From positions 1,152,001 through 1,216,000 of the forward strand of contig CBDAOY010000008.1 of NCBI GenBank assembly GCA_965198225.1: a stretch of 64,000 bases of DNA, in the 5' to 3' direction. Positions 48,447 through 61,013 of this stretch are shown in pieces. Source of the stretch: Terriglobia bacterium (GTDB lineage: Bacteria; Acidobacteriota; Terriglobia; 20CM-2-55-15). The position numbers were made by a program, and so were the translations under genes. Numbering within the stretch: position 1 is the first letter of the stretch; each line of letters starts with the position of its first letter. The notes beneath the pieces were generated by a model, which saw only the letters and a list, made by a program, of their open reading frames with translations, ran no database searches and was not told the origin of the DNA.

Positions 48447-49766
48447 TCAATCGACGGTGTTCGACACAAGCTCCGACATGTACCGATAGTCGTGTGTAAA
48501 CTCCCCTCGATGTACGATTACGGCCTTCCGGACCGCGGCAGGTAACACTAGACGATCGAATGAAGCACCGAAGTCCGTGGCCGCGGTCCGCACTAGGAAC
48601 GGTGCCAGCATGTCTCCGAAGCTACTCGACGCCTCCCTCGGAACTTCCGAAGGCAGGGTCTCGACGGCCATCACGACCGGTCCCTCGCCTTCCCAGCCGT
48701 TCACGGTCCGATCCTCCGACGGGAGGTACGTGTAGGTCGGCTCTCCGGGCTCGGTTGCCCTTACCGTGCACTCGATCGACCCGTCGATGTCGCAGGTGAT
48801 GTCTCCAAACACACGCAACTTCGGCCTCTCCGGAGCCGACCAGGCTCCGCGCAACCACTCCTTGGTCACCAGCCTCGGGTAGCGCGGGTCCCAATAGATG
48901 CAATTGACGAGCGAGGTCAGATGGGGGAGGTATTGTTCGAAGACGCAACGGTATCGTTCGGGATGCTCGTAGTATTCGTGAAGGTCGAACTCCCCGCCGT
49001 CCACTCTCGGGACCACCATGTCGCTCTCTTTGAAGACGACCTTGTAGATCTTCCGGGAGGAAAATTCGCCGCCTGTCACAAACGCGGCGAGTCGTTCGGG
49101 AGCGACTTCTTCGTGTGGTAGCAAGTCAAAGAATGCCTGGGCACCCTCGCAAACGTTCCCATACCCGGCAAACCCGACCACGAACGGAGCAAGCGAATCG
49201 GGCAGCTCCCCGTCGGCGATCCGGTTGCCGACTTCGCCGAACAAAACCCGGGCTTGTTCCAGACTCTCCAGCTCCAGGGGCCGCTCCAGAGCAGAGAGCG
49301 GTGTCGGCGTACCTTCCCATTCGAAGCGTCGACCGAGCGCATAGAGGGTCTCGATGATGCCTGCCGATCCGGCGTGGTTGCCGAAGAAGACAAGCCGGCG
49401 GCCCTCCTCGTCCGTTATCCGCTCGTAGTCGATCAGTGTCGCCCTGCAGTCCAGTATCCTGCGAAGCATCGGCATGTTGTGGGGCTGCCCCTTACAGACG
49501 TGGGCAAAAAACATGTAGACCCCGCCATCGCGAAAAAAGCTTTCTGGAATCTCTTTGACGGCCACAACGAGGTCACAGTGATCGAGGTCTTCGACGACTT
49601 CGGCCCCCGCCGCGGCGTACTCCCGGTCGGAAAACACACGGATGTGGGAGGGCTGGATCGAAACCTCCAATCCGGCTTCGAGCAGTCCCGCGACGTGCTC
49701 GGGTGTCAGCGGGACGCGGCGCTCCCACCGGTTCTTGTCTTCCCTGCGGATTCCGATTCTCGTCAT
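48447..49766 (-). CDS. Lysine-ketoglutarate reductase (LKR) domain protein
   Basis: IRREDKNRWERRVPLTP, VKE, FFAHVCKGQ, IDYE, DITCDIDGSIE, LPSE.P.EAS..FG. Confidence 0.88.
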   Translation of the reverse strand: MTRIGIRREDKNRWERRVPLTPEHVAGLLEAGLEVSIQPSHIRVFSDREYAAAGAEVVEDLDHCDLVVAVKEIPESFFRDGGVYMFFAHVCKGQPHNMPMLRRILDCRATLIDYERITDEEGRRLVFFGNHAGSAGIIETLYALGRRFEWEGTPTPLSALERPLELESLEQARVLFGEVGNRIADGELPDSLAPFVVGFAGYGNVCEGAQAFFDLLPHEEVAPERLAAFVTGGEFSSRKIYKVVFKESDMVVPRVDGGEFDLHEYYEHPERYRCVFEQYLPHLTSLVNCIYWDPRYPRLVTKEWLRGAWSAPERPKLRVFGDITCDIDGSIECTVRATEPGEPTYTYLPSEDRTVNGWEGEGPVVMAVETLPSEVPREASSSFGDMLAPFLVRTAATDFGASFDRLVLPAAVRKAVIVHRGEFTHDYRYMSELVSNTVD

Positions 49767-50334
49767 GACTCAGGATCGAAGACGTCACTCTAACACTACC
49801 CCGGTGCCTGTTGAGGTCCGGGCGGCGTTCAGAAAGCTCTGTTGTGGGGAGTCAAAAAGGAGCCGGAAACGAGCGTCGCCGGTTTCCGGACTGATCGAGT
49901 GGCCGTCTCAGAGCCGTGTCCACTCCGGTCGATGCTTCCGAAAAGGCGGGTTCATCGGAGGCAGGGGTTCAGGAACAGCGCTTGGAAGAAGTCTGATCGC
50001 TCGCATTGCGGCGTTCGGCCAGATGCCCGGCCCGCAATCGGCCAGTCCGCGGGTCCGGAGAAGGAACGCCGTAAAACCCCCGGAGTGTGACGCCGCGCTA
50101 CGCTCCGGGCGCACGGGGGGTGCGGTCAGATACGTCGTCCCTCGTCGTCATGACGAAACAGCATCGGCTCGTCCTCGCGCCTCGCTTCCGCCTCGCAAGA
50201 ACCGTCCGCGCGAACCATCACGCCCCTGCCACGGGCTGCTCAGCGGCTCTTCGCGCTTGTGCAATGATGAGACGACGATCGACAGCGCCGCACCAAGTAG
50301 CCCGACGTTCCGGAAGGTCACGGAATCGATCCCG

Positions 50335-50800
50335 ATGAACACCACGATCAGACCCATTTCCTCGAATTCGCTGTGGAGGCGAGCCATTCGGGAACGAACT
50401 TGTAGTATCCCCAACGAGTCGCAGGACGGCTGGAATGCTGCCCGTAGATGCAACGTCTACCCTTCAGGCTCAGTGTTGTTCGTTCAGGAGCAGACACAAT
50501 GCGACATCTGCGTAATCTGTGTTGGACGGGTGAAGCTGTAATCGAACACGCCGGACGGTAAGACCATCATCCACCGGGTCTGCGAAGCAGGGGAGGTTCT
50601 CGGATTGAGCGCGGCGCTGGAGGGGGCGGGCTACGAGGCGACGGCCGAGACACTGGAACCTTGTGTGATCAGCTTCATCAGCACCGACAACTTTCGCGGA
50701 CTGATGGAGTCCGATCCGGAGATCGCATACCGGGTCGCCCGGCACCTCAGCTTCGAGGTCCGGAACGCGTGGGAGCAGGTACAGACCTATCGGAGATTCC
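50335..50800 (+). pseudogene. Crp/Fnr cNMP-binding domain with in-frame stop, no HTH
   Basis: YPSGSVLFVQ...GRVKL*(TAA 50539-50541)SNTPDGK...GEVLGLSAAL...YEATAETLEP. Confidence 0.75.
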
Positions 50801-50865
50801 GCACTCGAGATTTGGTCATTCGAGATTCGAGATTGAGAATTGCCGGAACCGCCCAATGTGAAATC

Positions 50866-51567
50866 TCAATTCTTCAATCTCCAATTTTCAATAACCAAGG
50901 GGTCTTCTGGCCCCGCCCTGTCTCCCCCTCGGTCGGATCCGCGAACCTCAAGAGTGTCGTCCCCGTAGAAGGAACGAACGCCCGTCCATGGATACTCCAT
51001 CGGCAGGAGGAAGATGCGATAACCGACTTCGGATATGTCCGTGTCGAGCCTGTAGCCCGCTGGCCCTTCCAGTCCCAGGTCGGTCGGCAGGTACCCGTCC
51101 TGTTCCAGCCTCGCAATCGGCAGGAAGGAACCCGTGCGCACTCTCGCCGCCACCTGCGCGGTCTGCACGAGTCGAATGACATCAATCGCGCCCAGTTCGT
51201 TTCCGTCCCGCAGACGCCCAGCGTAGTCCTCCACCGACGACTCGATCCCCTGGGATCGAACGACTCCCTGCCACGACCACTCACCCTTGAGTCCTTCGAA
51301 CCGGAGGTCCAGAAGCTCGTCCTGGAGTCGAACCGACGCGATCTGCGACCCGTCGGTCCGCGCTCGAGTGCCGAACAGGGTCAGATCGATCGATTCCAGT
51401 CGCAGCTCCTCGGCCAATCTCTCCCCGACGATCTCACGAACCTCATCCGCCGGGATTGACCCTCGAGGGCGCGACCACCAGGTGCCCAGGATCAGGAGCA
51501 CGGCCACGGCGGCGAAGAACGGCCACTCTTTGATCCAACGTGACAGGTTGGAGCTTCTCCCAAACAT
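50866..51567 (-). CDS. Membrane-anchored protein with pilin-like C-terminal domain
   Basis: One N-terminal TM; NE.GAI..IR.VQTAQ...GY...P.EY..TG.RSFY.DDT..VRGSD. Confidence 0.6.
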   Translation of the reverse strand: MFGRSSNLSRWIKEWPFFAAVAVLLILGTWWSRPRGSIPADEVREIVGERLAEELRLESIDLTLFGTRARTDGSQIASVRLQDELLDLRFEGLKGEWSWQGVVRSQGIESSVEDYAGRLRDGNELGAIDVIRLVQTAQVAARVRTGSFLPIARLEQDGYLPTDLGLEGPAGYRLDTDISEVGYRIFLLPMEYPWTGVRSFYGDDTLEVRGSDRGGDRAGPEDPLVIENWRLKN

Positions 51568-51573
51568 GAGGGG

Positions 51574-52824
51574 TCACACTTTCACCTCGGCGTACCAGCC
51601 ATGACGTTCGATGCGAGTTCCGTAAGGGGATGAAAGCGTCTCCAACTCCGTCATGATGCGGTCCCGTTCGTCGGAGTCGGCGAAGGAGGGGTTCCCGTCT
51701 TTCTGAACATCGACTGTAACTGGCAGCAAATCGAGGCGACGAACACCGCCCTCTCCGACCAGTACCCTGGCAACAGCCGTCATGCGGTGCTCGGGGGTGT
51801 TGAAGCCGGTCTCGACCAGGTCGACCATGGCCGGCGATTGTCGGAACTGGGGCAGCGATTCCCCGTCCTGGAGCGTCTGGAAGTAGAAATGACCGAGGCT
51901 GTAGAGGATGGGCTTTCCCCTGTGCAGCTCCACGGCATTCAAGACGTGAGGACCGTGGCCGATGACCAGATCGGCCCCGGCATCGATCGCGGTCCGACAG
52001 ATGATCTTCCTTCCCTTGGCGACTTCCCGCCGATCGCCTCCGCCCCAATGCATGTGGAACGAGACCATGAGGAAATCGACCTGCTCCCGGGCGCGCTCCA
52101 CCGCGTCGCCGAGCGTGGCAAGATCGGATGCCCGGGGCAACAGCAAAGAACCGCCGCGGGCCCCGGGGATCGTGACCTCATGCCCCGAAATGATGGCAAC
52201 GCCGGGTTTGGAGTCCGTGGCGCGGGCTCGTTCGATGTAGCCTGTGCCGTCCACCGTCGCTGCCGCGCACCAGAAAGCCAGCGTACCCACGCGGCGTCCC
52301 TTTGCCGTCGCGATCCCGGGGGTCAGAGCACCATCCAGGTCTGTGCCACCGCCGGCAACGACGAACCCCCGCCGGCTCATCTCCTCAAGTCCCTGTAACG
52401 CAGCTTCCACTCCGAGATCCATGTAGTGGTTGTTCGCCAGGGCAAGGATATCGAAACCGGAAGCCTTGAAGTCGTCCAGTATCGACGGCCAGCCCATCAC
52501 GGACGGCTTGGGCTCAATGTAGCCGACGGAGGCGATCGCCTGCTCGCAGTTGCCGAACGCCAGGTCGGCCTCCCGCACGACCCGGTACATCTGTTGCACT
52601 CGAGGCTCCGGGCGAGCGTTGGCGGCAGAACTGATAATCATGTCTCCGATGGCCGTGAGCAGAATCTCGCCGGAGGCGGGGGCCTCGAGCTGGGCGACAC
52701 GTTCGGACCACAGCGCGCCGCTCTCCTGAGGTGAGACTCCTGCGAACGGGTCCGACCCTCGAGGTGAAGCGAGCGAAAACGCCGCCGCGCCACCCATCCA
52801 TTTCAACGCTTCCCGCCGACGCAT
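51574..52824 (-). CDS. CapA (PGA_cap) metallophosphoesterase-like protein with Tat signal
   Basis: MRRREALK; GD, GNCE, LANNHYMD, HMHWG, GHGPH, YSLGHF. Confidence 0.9.
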   Translation of the reverse strand: MRRREALKWMGGAAAFSLASPRGSDPFAGVSPQESGALWSERVAQLEAPASGEILLTAIGDMIISSAANARPEPRVQQMYRVVREADLAFGNCEQAIASVGYIEPKPSVMGWPSILDDFKASGFDILALANNHYMDLGVEAALQGLEEMSRRGFVVAGGGTDLDGALTPGIATAKGRRVGTLAFWCAAATVDGTGYIERARATDSKPGVAIISGHEVTIPGARGGSLLLPRASDLATLGDAVERAREQVDFLMVSFHMHWGGGDRREVAKGRKIICRTAIDAGADLVIGHGPHVLNAVELHRGKPILYSLGHFYFQTLQDGESLPQFRQSPAMVDLVETGFNTPEHRMTAVARVLVGEGGVRRLDLLPVTVDVQKDGNPSFADSDERDRIMTELETLSSPYGTRIERHGWYAEVKV

Positions 52825-53231
52825 ACACACCTCCAGAGAATTCCGGGCGACAGCCGCGCTTCGAAGGCTGAACGCCGCTTGTCGCAGGTGGTTTCGATAA
52901 GGAGCCAGCTTATTCGAGCATGTTCCAATCCGTCAATTCCTGTCGCACTCGGGTAGTAAGTTCAATTGAAACTTGAGCACCACCCGACACCCTCGGATCG
53001 GGCCTTTGGAACGTGCATTGCCGGAAAGATGTCGAATGCAGCGACCGAGGATGCCGGAAGACCTCCGACCTCCGGAACAACCCGGGTTAAATGCGTTGCT
53101 TAGATAATCTTCCGTCCTGGAACAGAAAGCAGCGCGACGGCCGGGCGTGTCCGGACGTTGACGTGGCATGTCTCATTATTGACCGCCCAACACCGGAGTA
53201 GTCAGGGAATGCAGCCATCCTGGAGGACATC

Positions 53232-54116
53232 GTGAGTGAAACAACAGTCATCGTCGACTTGGAACACCAGGGGACGAAGGGCAAGGTCGAGCTGAACTTC
53301 CTCCAGTGGAAGGACACCGCGATAGAAATCGCGTACAGGGACCGGCTCTACGACAACGCAGGCACCATCCGGTTCGACGGCAGGACGACCGGCGCCAAGA
53401 TCACCAGTGAGAAGGCCTACACCGGACCTCTGCAGGATCAGTCCGAATACAACCAGTTTTTCGGTTCGATCCTGGGCATGTTCTCCGCCTCCTACACATT
53501 CGGCTGGTCTCCGCCGCCGGACCAGGTGATCGACTACGACGAGAAATATCACGAACAGAAGGGGTATCTCGCGGGCGATCCAGAGGAGGTTGCCATCAAG
53601 GAGGTCCAGGCCCGGCTCATCCAGGAAATCGCCAACCCGAGGAAGAGTCTCGTTGCCGGATGCTCGAACGGCGAGATCGTGCGCCAGTGCCGTCGAATTG
53701 GCCTCGACGTCTACGGCTTCGACGTGATTCCCAACCTGAAGGACATCGCCTTCCCCGAGACACGGGAGTATCTCCGCGTCGGCTCACTGACCGACATCCC
53801 TTTTGCCGACGACGACGGATTCGACACGCTGATCGCCGTCGACGTCCTCGAACACATCCCTGAGCGGGATTTGCCGCAGATGGTCCAGGAATGGCTCCGG
53901 CTCGACGTTCGTAGACTCATTCTCCTGATCAACTTGAATGAGTTCTGGTTCCCGGGACACATCACTCTTCGCCCACTGGACTGGTGGGCCGACCAGTGGA
54001 AGGAGCAATACCGGCTGGTCCGCACCGTCGGCCGACTCGAGAACCTTCCCCTCGTCTACAGCAACAGCGGGCTCTACAACCAGCAGTGGACCTGGGAAAG
54101 AATGACAGGTGACTAG
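53232..54116 (+). CDS. Class I SAM-dependent methyltransferase-like protein
   Basis: GGAGG RBS; AGCSNG, YGFD, IPF.DD.FD, DVLEHIPE. Confidence 0.75.
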   Translation: MSETTVIVDLEHQGTKGKVELNFLQWKDTAIEIAYRDRLYDNAGTIRFDGRTTGAKITSEKAYTGPLQDQSEYNQFFGSILGMFSASYTFGWSPPPDQVIDYDEKYHEQKGYLAGDPEEVAIKEVQARLIQEIANPRKSLVAGCSNGEIVRQCRRIGLDVYGFDVIPNLKDIAFPETREYLRVGSLTDIPFADDDGFDTLIAVDVLEHIPERDLPQMVQEWLRLDVRRLILLINLNEFWFPGHITLRPLDWWADQWKEQYRLVRTVGRLENLPLVYSNSGLYNQQWTWERMTGD

Positions 54117-54366
54117 TCGGAGCGAAATTGTGGTGACTTCAACGACAACCGACCAGCCAGGTTTTCTATTTGCGATCTCCACCTAGCCGTCGTTCGTCGG
54201 AACTCGAAATCGGACATTGAGCTCGGAACCACGCCCGATCTAAAATCTCAGATCTCCAGTCTCGAATCTCCACTTCTTCCCCCTCCCCCTCCTTGCCTTA
54301 ACCCTCCAAAACAACTACAGTTCAGACCCAGCCGATTCGGTACGAATTTCGTTACGGAGGAAGAAG

Positions 54367-56960
<2,594 letters not shown>

Positions 56961-56976
56961 ACTGAAAGCACAGAGC

Positions 56977-57008
56977 GAAAGGGCCTGCAATCAGGCCCCT
57001 TTCTTTTG
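56977..57008 (+). terminator. Rho-independent terminator
   Basis: GAAAGGGCCTG-CAAT-CAGGCCCCTTTC followed by TTTT. Confidence 0.75.
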
Positions 57009-57048
57009 TGTTGCCGAAGAGCCAGATCCACTACCCTTCTTCAGACCG

Positions 57049-57735
57049 ATGTCGAGAGAGACACTCCAGTTCACGCTCACGGAAACAGACAGCTCGAGAT
57101 CGATGGATTTTGCCGTCCAGGAACTGCTTCTGGCTGGCTATTCGGGACGCAGCCAGGAAGACATCCGTGAGCACTTCAAGGAGCTGGAGGACCTGGGTCT
57201 GACTCCGCCCGAGGAGACTCCGATCCTCTTCAAGGTGTCTCCCTACCTGGCGACAACAGGCAACCGTGTCGCGGTCCAGAACTCCGAGACCTCGGGAGAG
57301 GTCGAGTTCGTCCTGCTCCTCGAAAGCGATGCGACTTACGTCACGTGCGGCAGCGATCATACTGGCCGATCCTTCGAGCAGTACTCCATACCGGCCTCGA
57401 AGCAGATGTACCCGAAGTTTCTCGCCGATCGCATCTGGGTCTATGAAGACGTCCGGGATCACTGGGATCGCCTGATCCTGCGGTCCTGGGCCTACACCGA
57501 TGGGGAACGCGTCGCTTACCAGGACAGCTCTCTCTCCGCCATTCTCGAGCCCGAGACGCTGATCGAAACCGCCGCACGCCGAATGGGAATGGGGCGCGAA
57601 GGAACCGTCCTGATGTCGGGAACGATCCCCACCCTCACGGGAGGGATGGTCTACGCCGATCGCATGGAATTTGAACTGGAAGACCCCGTCCTGGACCGCA
57701 AAATCACCCACGCCTACGATATCGAGATTCTCTGA
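57049..57735 (+). CDS. DUF2848 family protein
   Basis: AGYSGR...HFKEL, TSGEVE, GSDHT, SKQM.PK, HWDRL.LRS, LEDPVL. Confidence 0.82.
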   Translation: MSRETLQFTLTETDSSRSMDFAVQELLLAGYSGRSQEDIREHFKELEDLGLTPPEETPILFKVSPYLATTGNRVAVQNSETSGEVEFVLLLESDATYVTCGSDHTGRSFEQYSIPASKQMYPKFLADRIWVYEDVRDHWDRLILRSWAYTDGERVAYQDSSLSAILEPETLIETAARRMGMGREGTVLMSGTIPTLTGGMVYADRMEFELEDPVLDRKITHAYDIEIL

Positions 57736-57765
57736 CTCTGACGCACGGCCGCGCGTTCAGGGATC

Positions 57766-57845
57766 AACCACGGAGGCACGGAGACGAGGAGGAAAGCCTC
57801 TTTCAGATCACTGTAAGACCTCCGAGCCTCTGTGCCTCCGTGGTT
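57766..57845. repeat. 9-mer-periodic inverted repeat
   Basis: AACCACGGAGGCACGGAGACGAGGAG...CTCCGAGCCTCTGTGCCTCCGTGGTT. Confidence 0.85.
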
Positions 57846-57884
57846 AATTCTTCTGTGTTCTTTCCGCGCTCTTGGCGGACGTAG

Positions 57885-57901
57885 TGACCTGTAACAGGCC
57901 A
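57885..57901. mobile_element. Collapsed 17-bp remnant of the 27493 MITE family
   Basis: GTAG|TGACCTGTAACAGGCCA|CTAG = two TIR tips fused. Confidence 0.65.
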
Positions 57902-59059
57902 CTAGATGACGTGGTGTTCGGTGATCAGCTTGCCTTTCGCGAAACGGTCTATGGAAAGGGGGGATATGTCGATTGAGGTGGCTTCACCATCGATGATGAC
58001 CTCCGCGATGAGCTGCCCGGTGGCGGGAGAGTGCATGAAGCCGTGGCCGCTGAAGCCGTTGGCCAGGATGAACCCGTCTAGGCCGGCTACCCGTCCCAGG
58101 ATCGGATTGTGGTCCGGGGTGGTCTCGTAGGCACCGGCCCAGGACTTCAGGATCGCCGTGTTCTCGACGGCCGGATAGCGGCGGATCGCCGTCTCCATCA
58201 CGGTTTCGAAGAAGTCCCAGTCCACGCCCACGTCGAAGGTCGGGGGCGCGGTGCGGTTGCCCATCGCCATCAGGATCCCGTCGCCTTCGCGATGAAAACA
58301 CCATCCCGAACTGAACTCGATCACGAGCGTATGCCGGGAAGGTGCCCCTTCGAACGGCTTGGTTACGAACACGAAGTGTCGGATCGGTTCCACCGGAACG
58401 TCCACGTCGACCATCCGACCGATCAGTGCCGCGTGGGGGCCGGCGGCATTCACGACTACGGGCGCCGAGACGTAGTTGTTCCTCGTGCGCACGCCGGACA
58501 CCCGTCCGGCATCCACATCTACGCCGACCACTTCCTGGTCGGTACGGATTGAAACGCCCAATCGTGATGCTCCCTTGCGAAAGCCTTCGGTGACACCGGC
58601 AGGGTCCGAGACTCCATCGATCGGACAGTAGATCGCCGCAGCAACATCGTCCAGTTTCAGGTCGACATCCGGGAAAACACGATCCACCTCTTCCGGCTCG
58701 AGGAACTCGACCGGGATGTTCAAGTCCCGCTGGAAGGCGATGTTTTGCCGGAATGGTTCGATGTAGGAGGGGCCGTCCAACAGAAAAAGATAGCCGTCCT
58801 GATGAAAGGCGATCTCCTGGTCCATCTCGGCCGGAAACTCCTGAAGCTTCCGGACGCTCAGCAGCGACATCTGGACGTTCACGTCGGTGGAGAACTGATG
58901 ACGAAACCCCCCGGAACACCGTGCGGTCGATCCGAGCCCGACCATGTCTTCCTTCTCCAGCACGACGACGTCGGAGAGTCCGCGTCGGGCAAGGTGGTAG
59001 GCAATGCTCAGCCCGACGATTCCACCCCCGATGATCACGACTTCGGCTGTCTGCTTCAT
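57902..59059 (-). CDS. FAD-dependent oxidoreductase (DAO/sarcosine oxidase beta-like)
   Basis: IIGGGIVG, GSTARCSG, VNAAG, TPDHNPILG, GFSGHGFM. Confidence 0.92.
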   Translation of the reverse strand: MKQTAEVVIIGGGIVGLSIAYHLARRGLSDVVVLEKEDMVGLGSTARCSGGFRHQFSTDVNVQMSLLSVRKLQEFPAEMDQEIAFHQDGYLFLLDGPSYIEPFRQNIAFQRDLNIPVEFLEPEEVDRVFPDVDLKLDDVAAAIYCPIDGVSDPAGVTEGFRKGASRLGVSIRTDQEVVGVDVDAGRVSGVRTRNNYVSAPVVVNAAGPHAALIGRMVDVDVPVEPIRHFVFVTKPFEGAPSRHTLVIEFSSGWCFHREGDGILMAMGNRTAPPTFDVGVDWDFFETVMETAIRRYPAVENTAILKSWAGAYETTPDHNPILGRVAGLDGFILANGFSGHGFMHSPATGQLIAEVIIDGEATSIDISPLSIDRFAKGKLITEHHVI

Positions 59060-59061
59060 CT

Positions 59062-60723
59062 TCACTTCGGACGGTAGAGATCCAGCGATGGTGTCCCGGT
59101 AAACGGCTTGGGAGTCGTCCCCAATTGTCCGGCGTCGATGACGATCATCCAGGCCTGAGGTGATTCTATCGCCTTCCTGAGCGCGCTACGGAACTGATTA
59201 CCGTCTCCGACCCGAACCGCTTCGACGCCGAAGGCCCGTGCCAGGCCCACGAAGTCGGGACTCTTCAGATCGACTCCGATTCGCCGCTCATCGAACACCT
59301 TGTTCTGCAGGTTCCTCAAGACGCCGTAGCCGCCGTCGTCGAACACGACGATCGTGAAAGACAATCCCTCCTCCAGGATCACGGCCAACTCGCCCGGATT
59401 GACGAGGAAGCCGCCGTCGCCCGACAGCACAAGCACGGCTGCCTCCGGTCGGGCGATTGAGGCTCCGATCGCCATCGGCAATGCCTGGCCGATGCCTATC
59501 GTGGCCGAGTGCAGGGTCTGTCGCGGTTCGGTGACCTCGATCATCCGGCTCGCCCACGTCGTCGTCGGTATCGTCACGTCCCGGACGACGATGCCTCCTG
59601 CCGGAAGCGTCTCGCGAATCGCGTCGAGGATCGCCTGATACGGGCCCATGCTCTCCCGCATCCGCGCCCTCGAAGCCTCGCGCGCGCGGAGAACGTCACG
59701 CCGGTAGTCCGGCTTCGACGCGGCTCCCCTCTCCTCGAGACCGGCGACAAGTGCCGAAAGGATCGGACGCGAGTCCCCGATCAACGCCATCGAGTGTGGA
59801 TAGTTGCGGTTAACAGCGTTCGGATCGATGTCGATCCCGATATGGTTGGCCGGGACACCGACATCCCAGTAACCGGTCTCGTTTCCCCGGAACCGGGTGC
59901 CGACACTGATGAGGAGATCCGCCGACCCCAGCAGCTTCCGCACGTCCGGATCGTTCGCGAAGAAACCCAGGCATCGCGGGTCGGTCTCCGGCAGGGTCCC
60001 GCGCGCTCCGTGACTGGTGATGACGGCGGCATCGATCAGGTCGACGAGCTTGCGGAACTCGACTACTGCCCCGCCACGAAACACTCCGCTTCCGGCCCAC
60101 ATCACCGGACGCTCGGATTTGACGATCTCCGCGACCGCCCCGGAGACGTCCGGGGACTCGACGCTCGGCCGCGGCTCGCTGACGGCGATCTGGGATGAAG
60201 CGATCAGGCGAGACTGGAAATCGATCGGGATCTCGACGCTGACCGGACCGGTGGGGGCCTCGACGGCTTGTCCGATGGCCAGGCGCAGTGTAGAGGACGC
60301 CTGTTCGGGTCGTTGAACACGGTGCGCCTGCTTGCTGATGCTCTCGAGCATCGACAACTGATCCCGACACTCGTGGATGTAGCCGCGGCCGCTGTCGATG
60401 TATTCGCTCGGAACCTGTCCCGTGATGTGCAGCAACGGTGTGCCGGCCGTATCGGCTTCGATCAGGGCCCCCGCCGCGTTCCCCGCTCCGGTACCGGTGC
60501 TCGTGATCGCGACACCGAGCCTCGCTCCGGCCCGTGCGTACGCGTCGGCCATGTTCACCGCCCCGCTCTCGCCGCGTGGCTTCACGACCCGGAAACCGCC
60601 GTGGCGGGCCAGCGCGTCGTAGATCGGAATGTTGTGAATGCTGATGATGCCGAAAACGGTGTCGACGCCGGCCCTCGCAAGTTCGGCGACAACTGCATCC
60701 CCCACCGTTATCCTGTCTTCCAT
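59062..60723 (-). CDS. TPP-dependent enzyme (acetolactate synthase-like)
   Basis: FGIISIHN, MADAYAR, TSTGTGAGN, SGDGGF...DGGYG; AGGAGG RBS at 60727-60732. Confidence 0.9.
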   Translation of the reverse strand: MEDRITVGDAVVAELARAGVDTVFGIISIHNIPIYDALARHGGFRVVKPRGESGAVNMADAYARAGARLGVAITSTGTGAGNAAGALIEADTAGTPLLHITGQVPSEYIDSGRGYIHECRDQLSMLESISKQAHRVQRPEQASSTLRLAIGQAVEAPTGPVSVEIPIDFQSRLIASSQIAVSEPRPSVESPDVSGAVAEIVKSERPVMWAGSGVFRGGAVVEFRKLVDLIDAAVITSHGARGTLPETDPRCLGFFANDPDVRKLLGSADLLISVGTRFRGNETGYWDVGVPANHIGIDIDPNAVNRNYPHSMALIGDSRPILSALVAGLEERGAASKPDYRRDVLRAREASRARMRESMGPYQAILDAIRETLPAGGIVVRDVTIPTTTWASRMIEVTEPRQTLHSATIGIGQALPMAIGASIARPEAAVLVLSGDGGFLVNPGELAVILEEGLSFTIVVFDDGGYGVLRNLQNKVFDERRIGVDLKSPDFVGLARAFGVEAVRVGDGNQFRSALRKAIESPQAWMIVIDAGQLGTTPKPFTGTPSLDLYRPK

Positions 60724-60734
60724 TCGCCTCCTGA

Positions 60735-60899
60735 AATTCGGGGACGGAGACCGAATTCGCAAAGTCGAGGAGATCGGGGACGGAGACCGAATTATTCCGG
60801 CTATCAAACCACCCGTTTCGGGTCCCAGGAATTCGGTCTCCGTCCCCGATCTCAACCGATCTCTGTTTTCAGACGAATTCGGTCTCCGTCCCCGAATTC
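60735..60899. repeat. REP-like quartet: two direct + two inverted copies of TCGGGGACGGAGACCGAATT
   Basis: Copies at ~60735, ~60773 (forward) and ~60830, ~60877 (reverse). Confidence 0.85.
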
Positions 60900-61013
60900 C
60901 ACGCATTTTCTGCGGCGGCCTCGAGAGAACGATAACTATAAGGCAGAACCGACGGGAAACAACACCGGAGCCGCTTGCAATTCGCCGGCAGGGTTTCTAC
61001 CCTGATCGGCCCG

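Noticed and set aside
49790-50330. Possible RNA gene or small CDS in the long gap
   Set aside because: No tRNA or known ncRNA motif and no convincing ORF by eye
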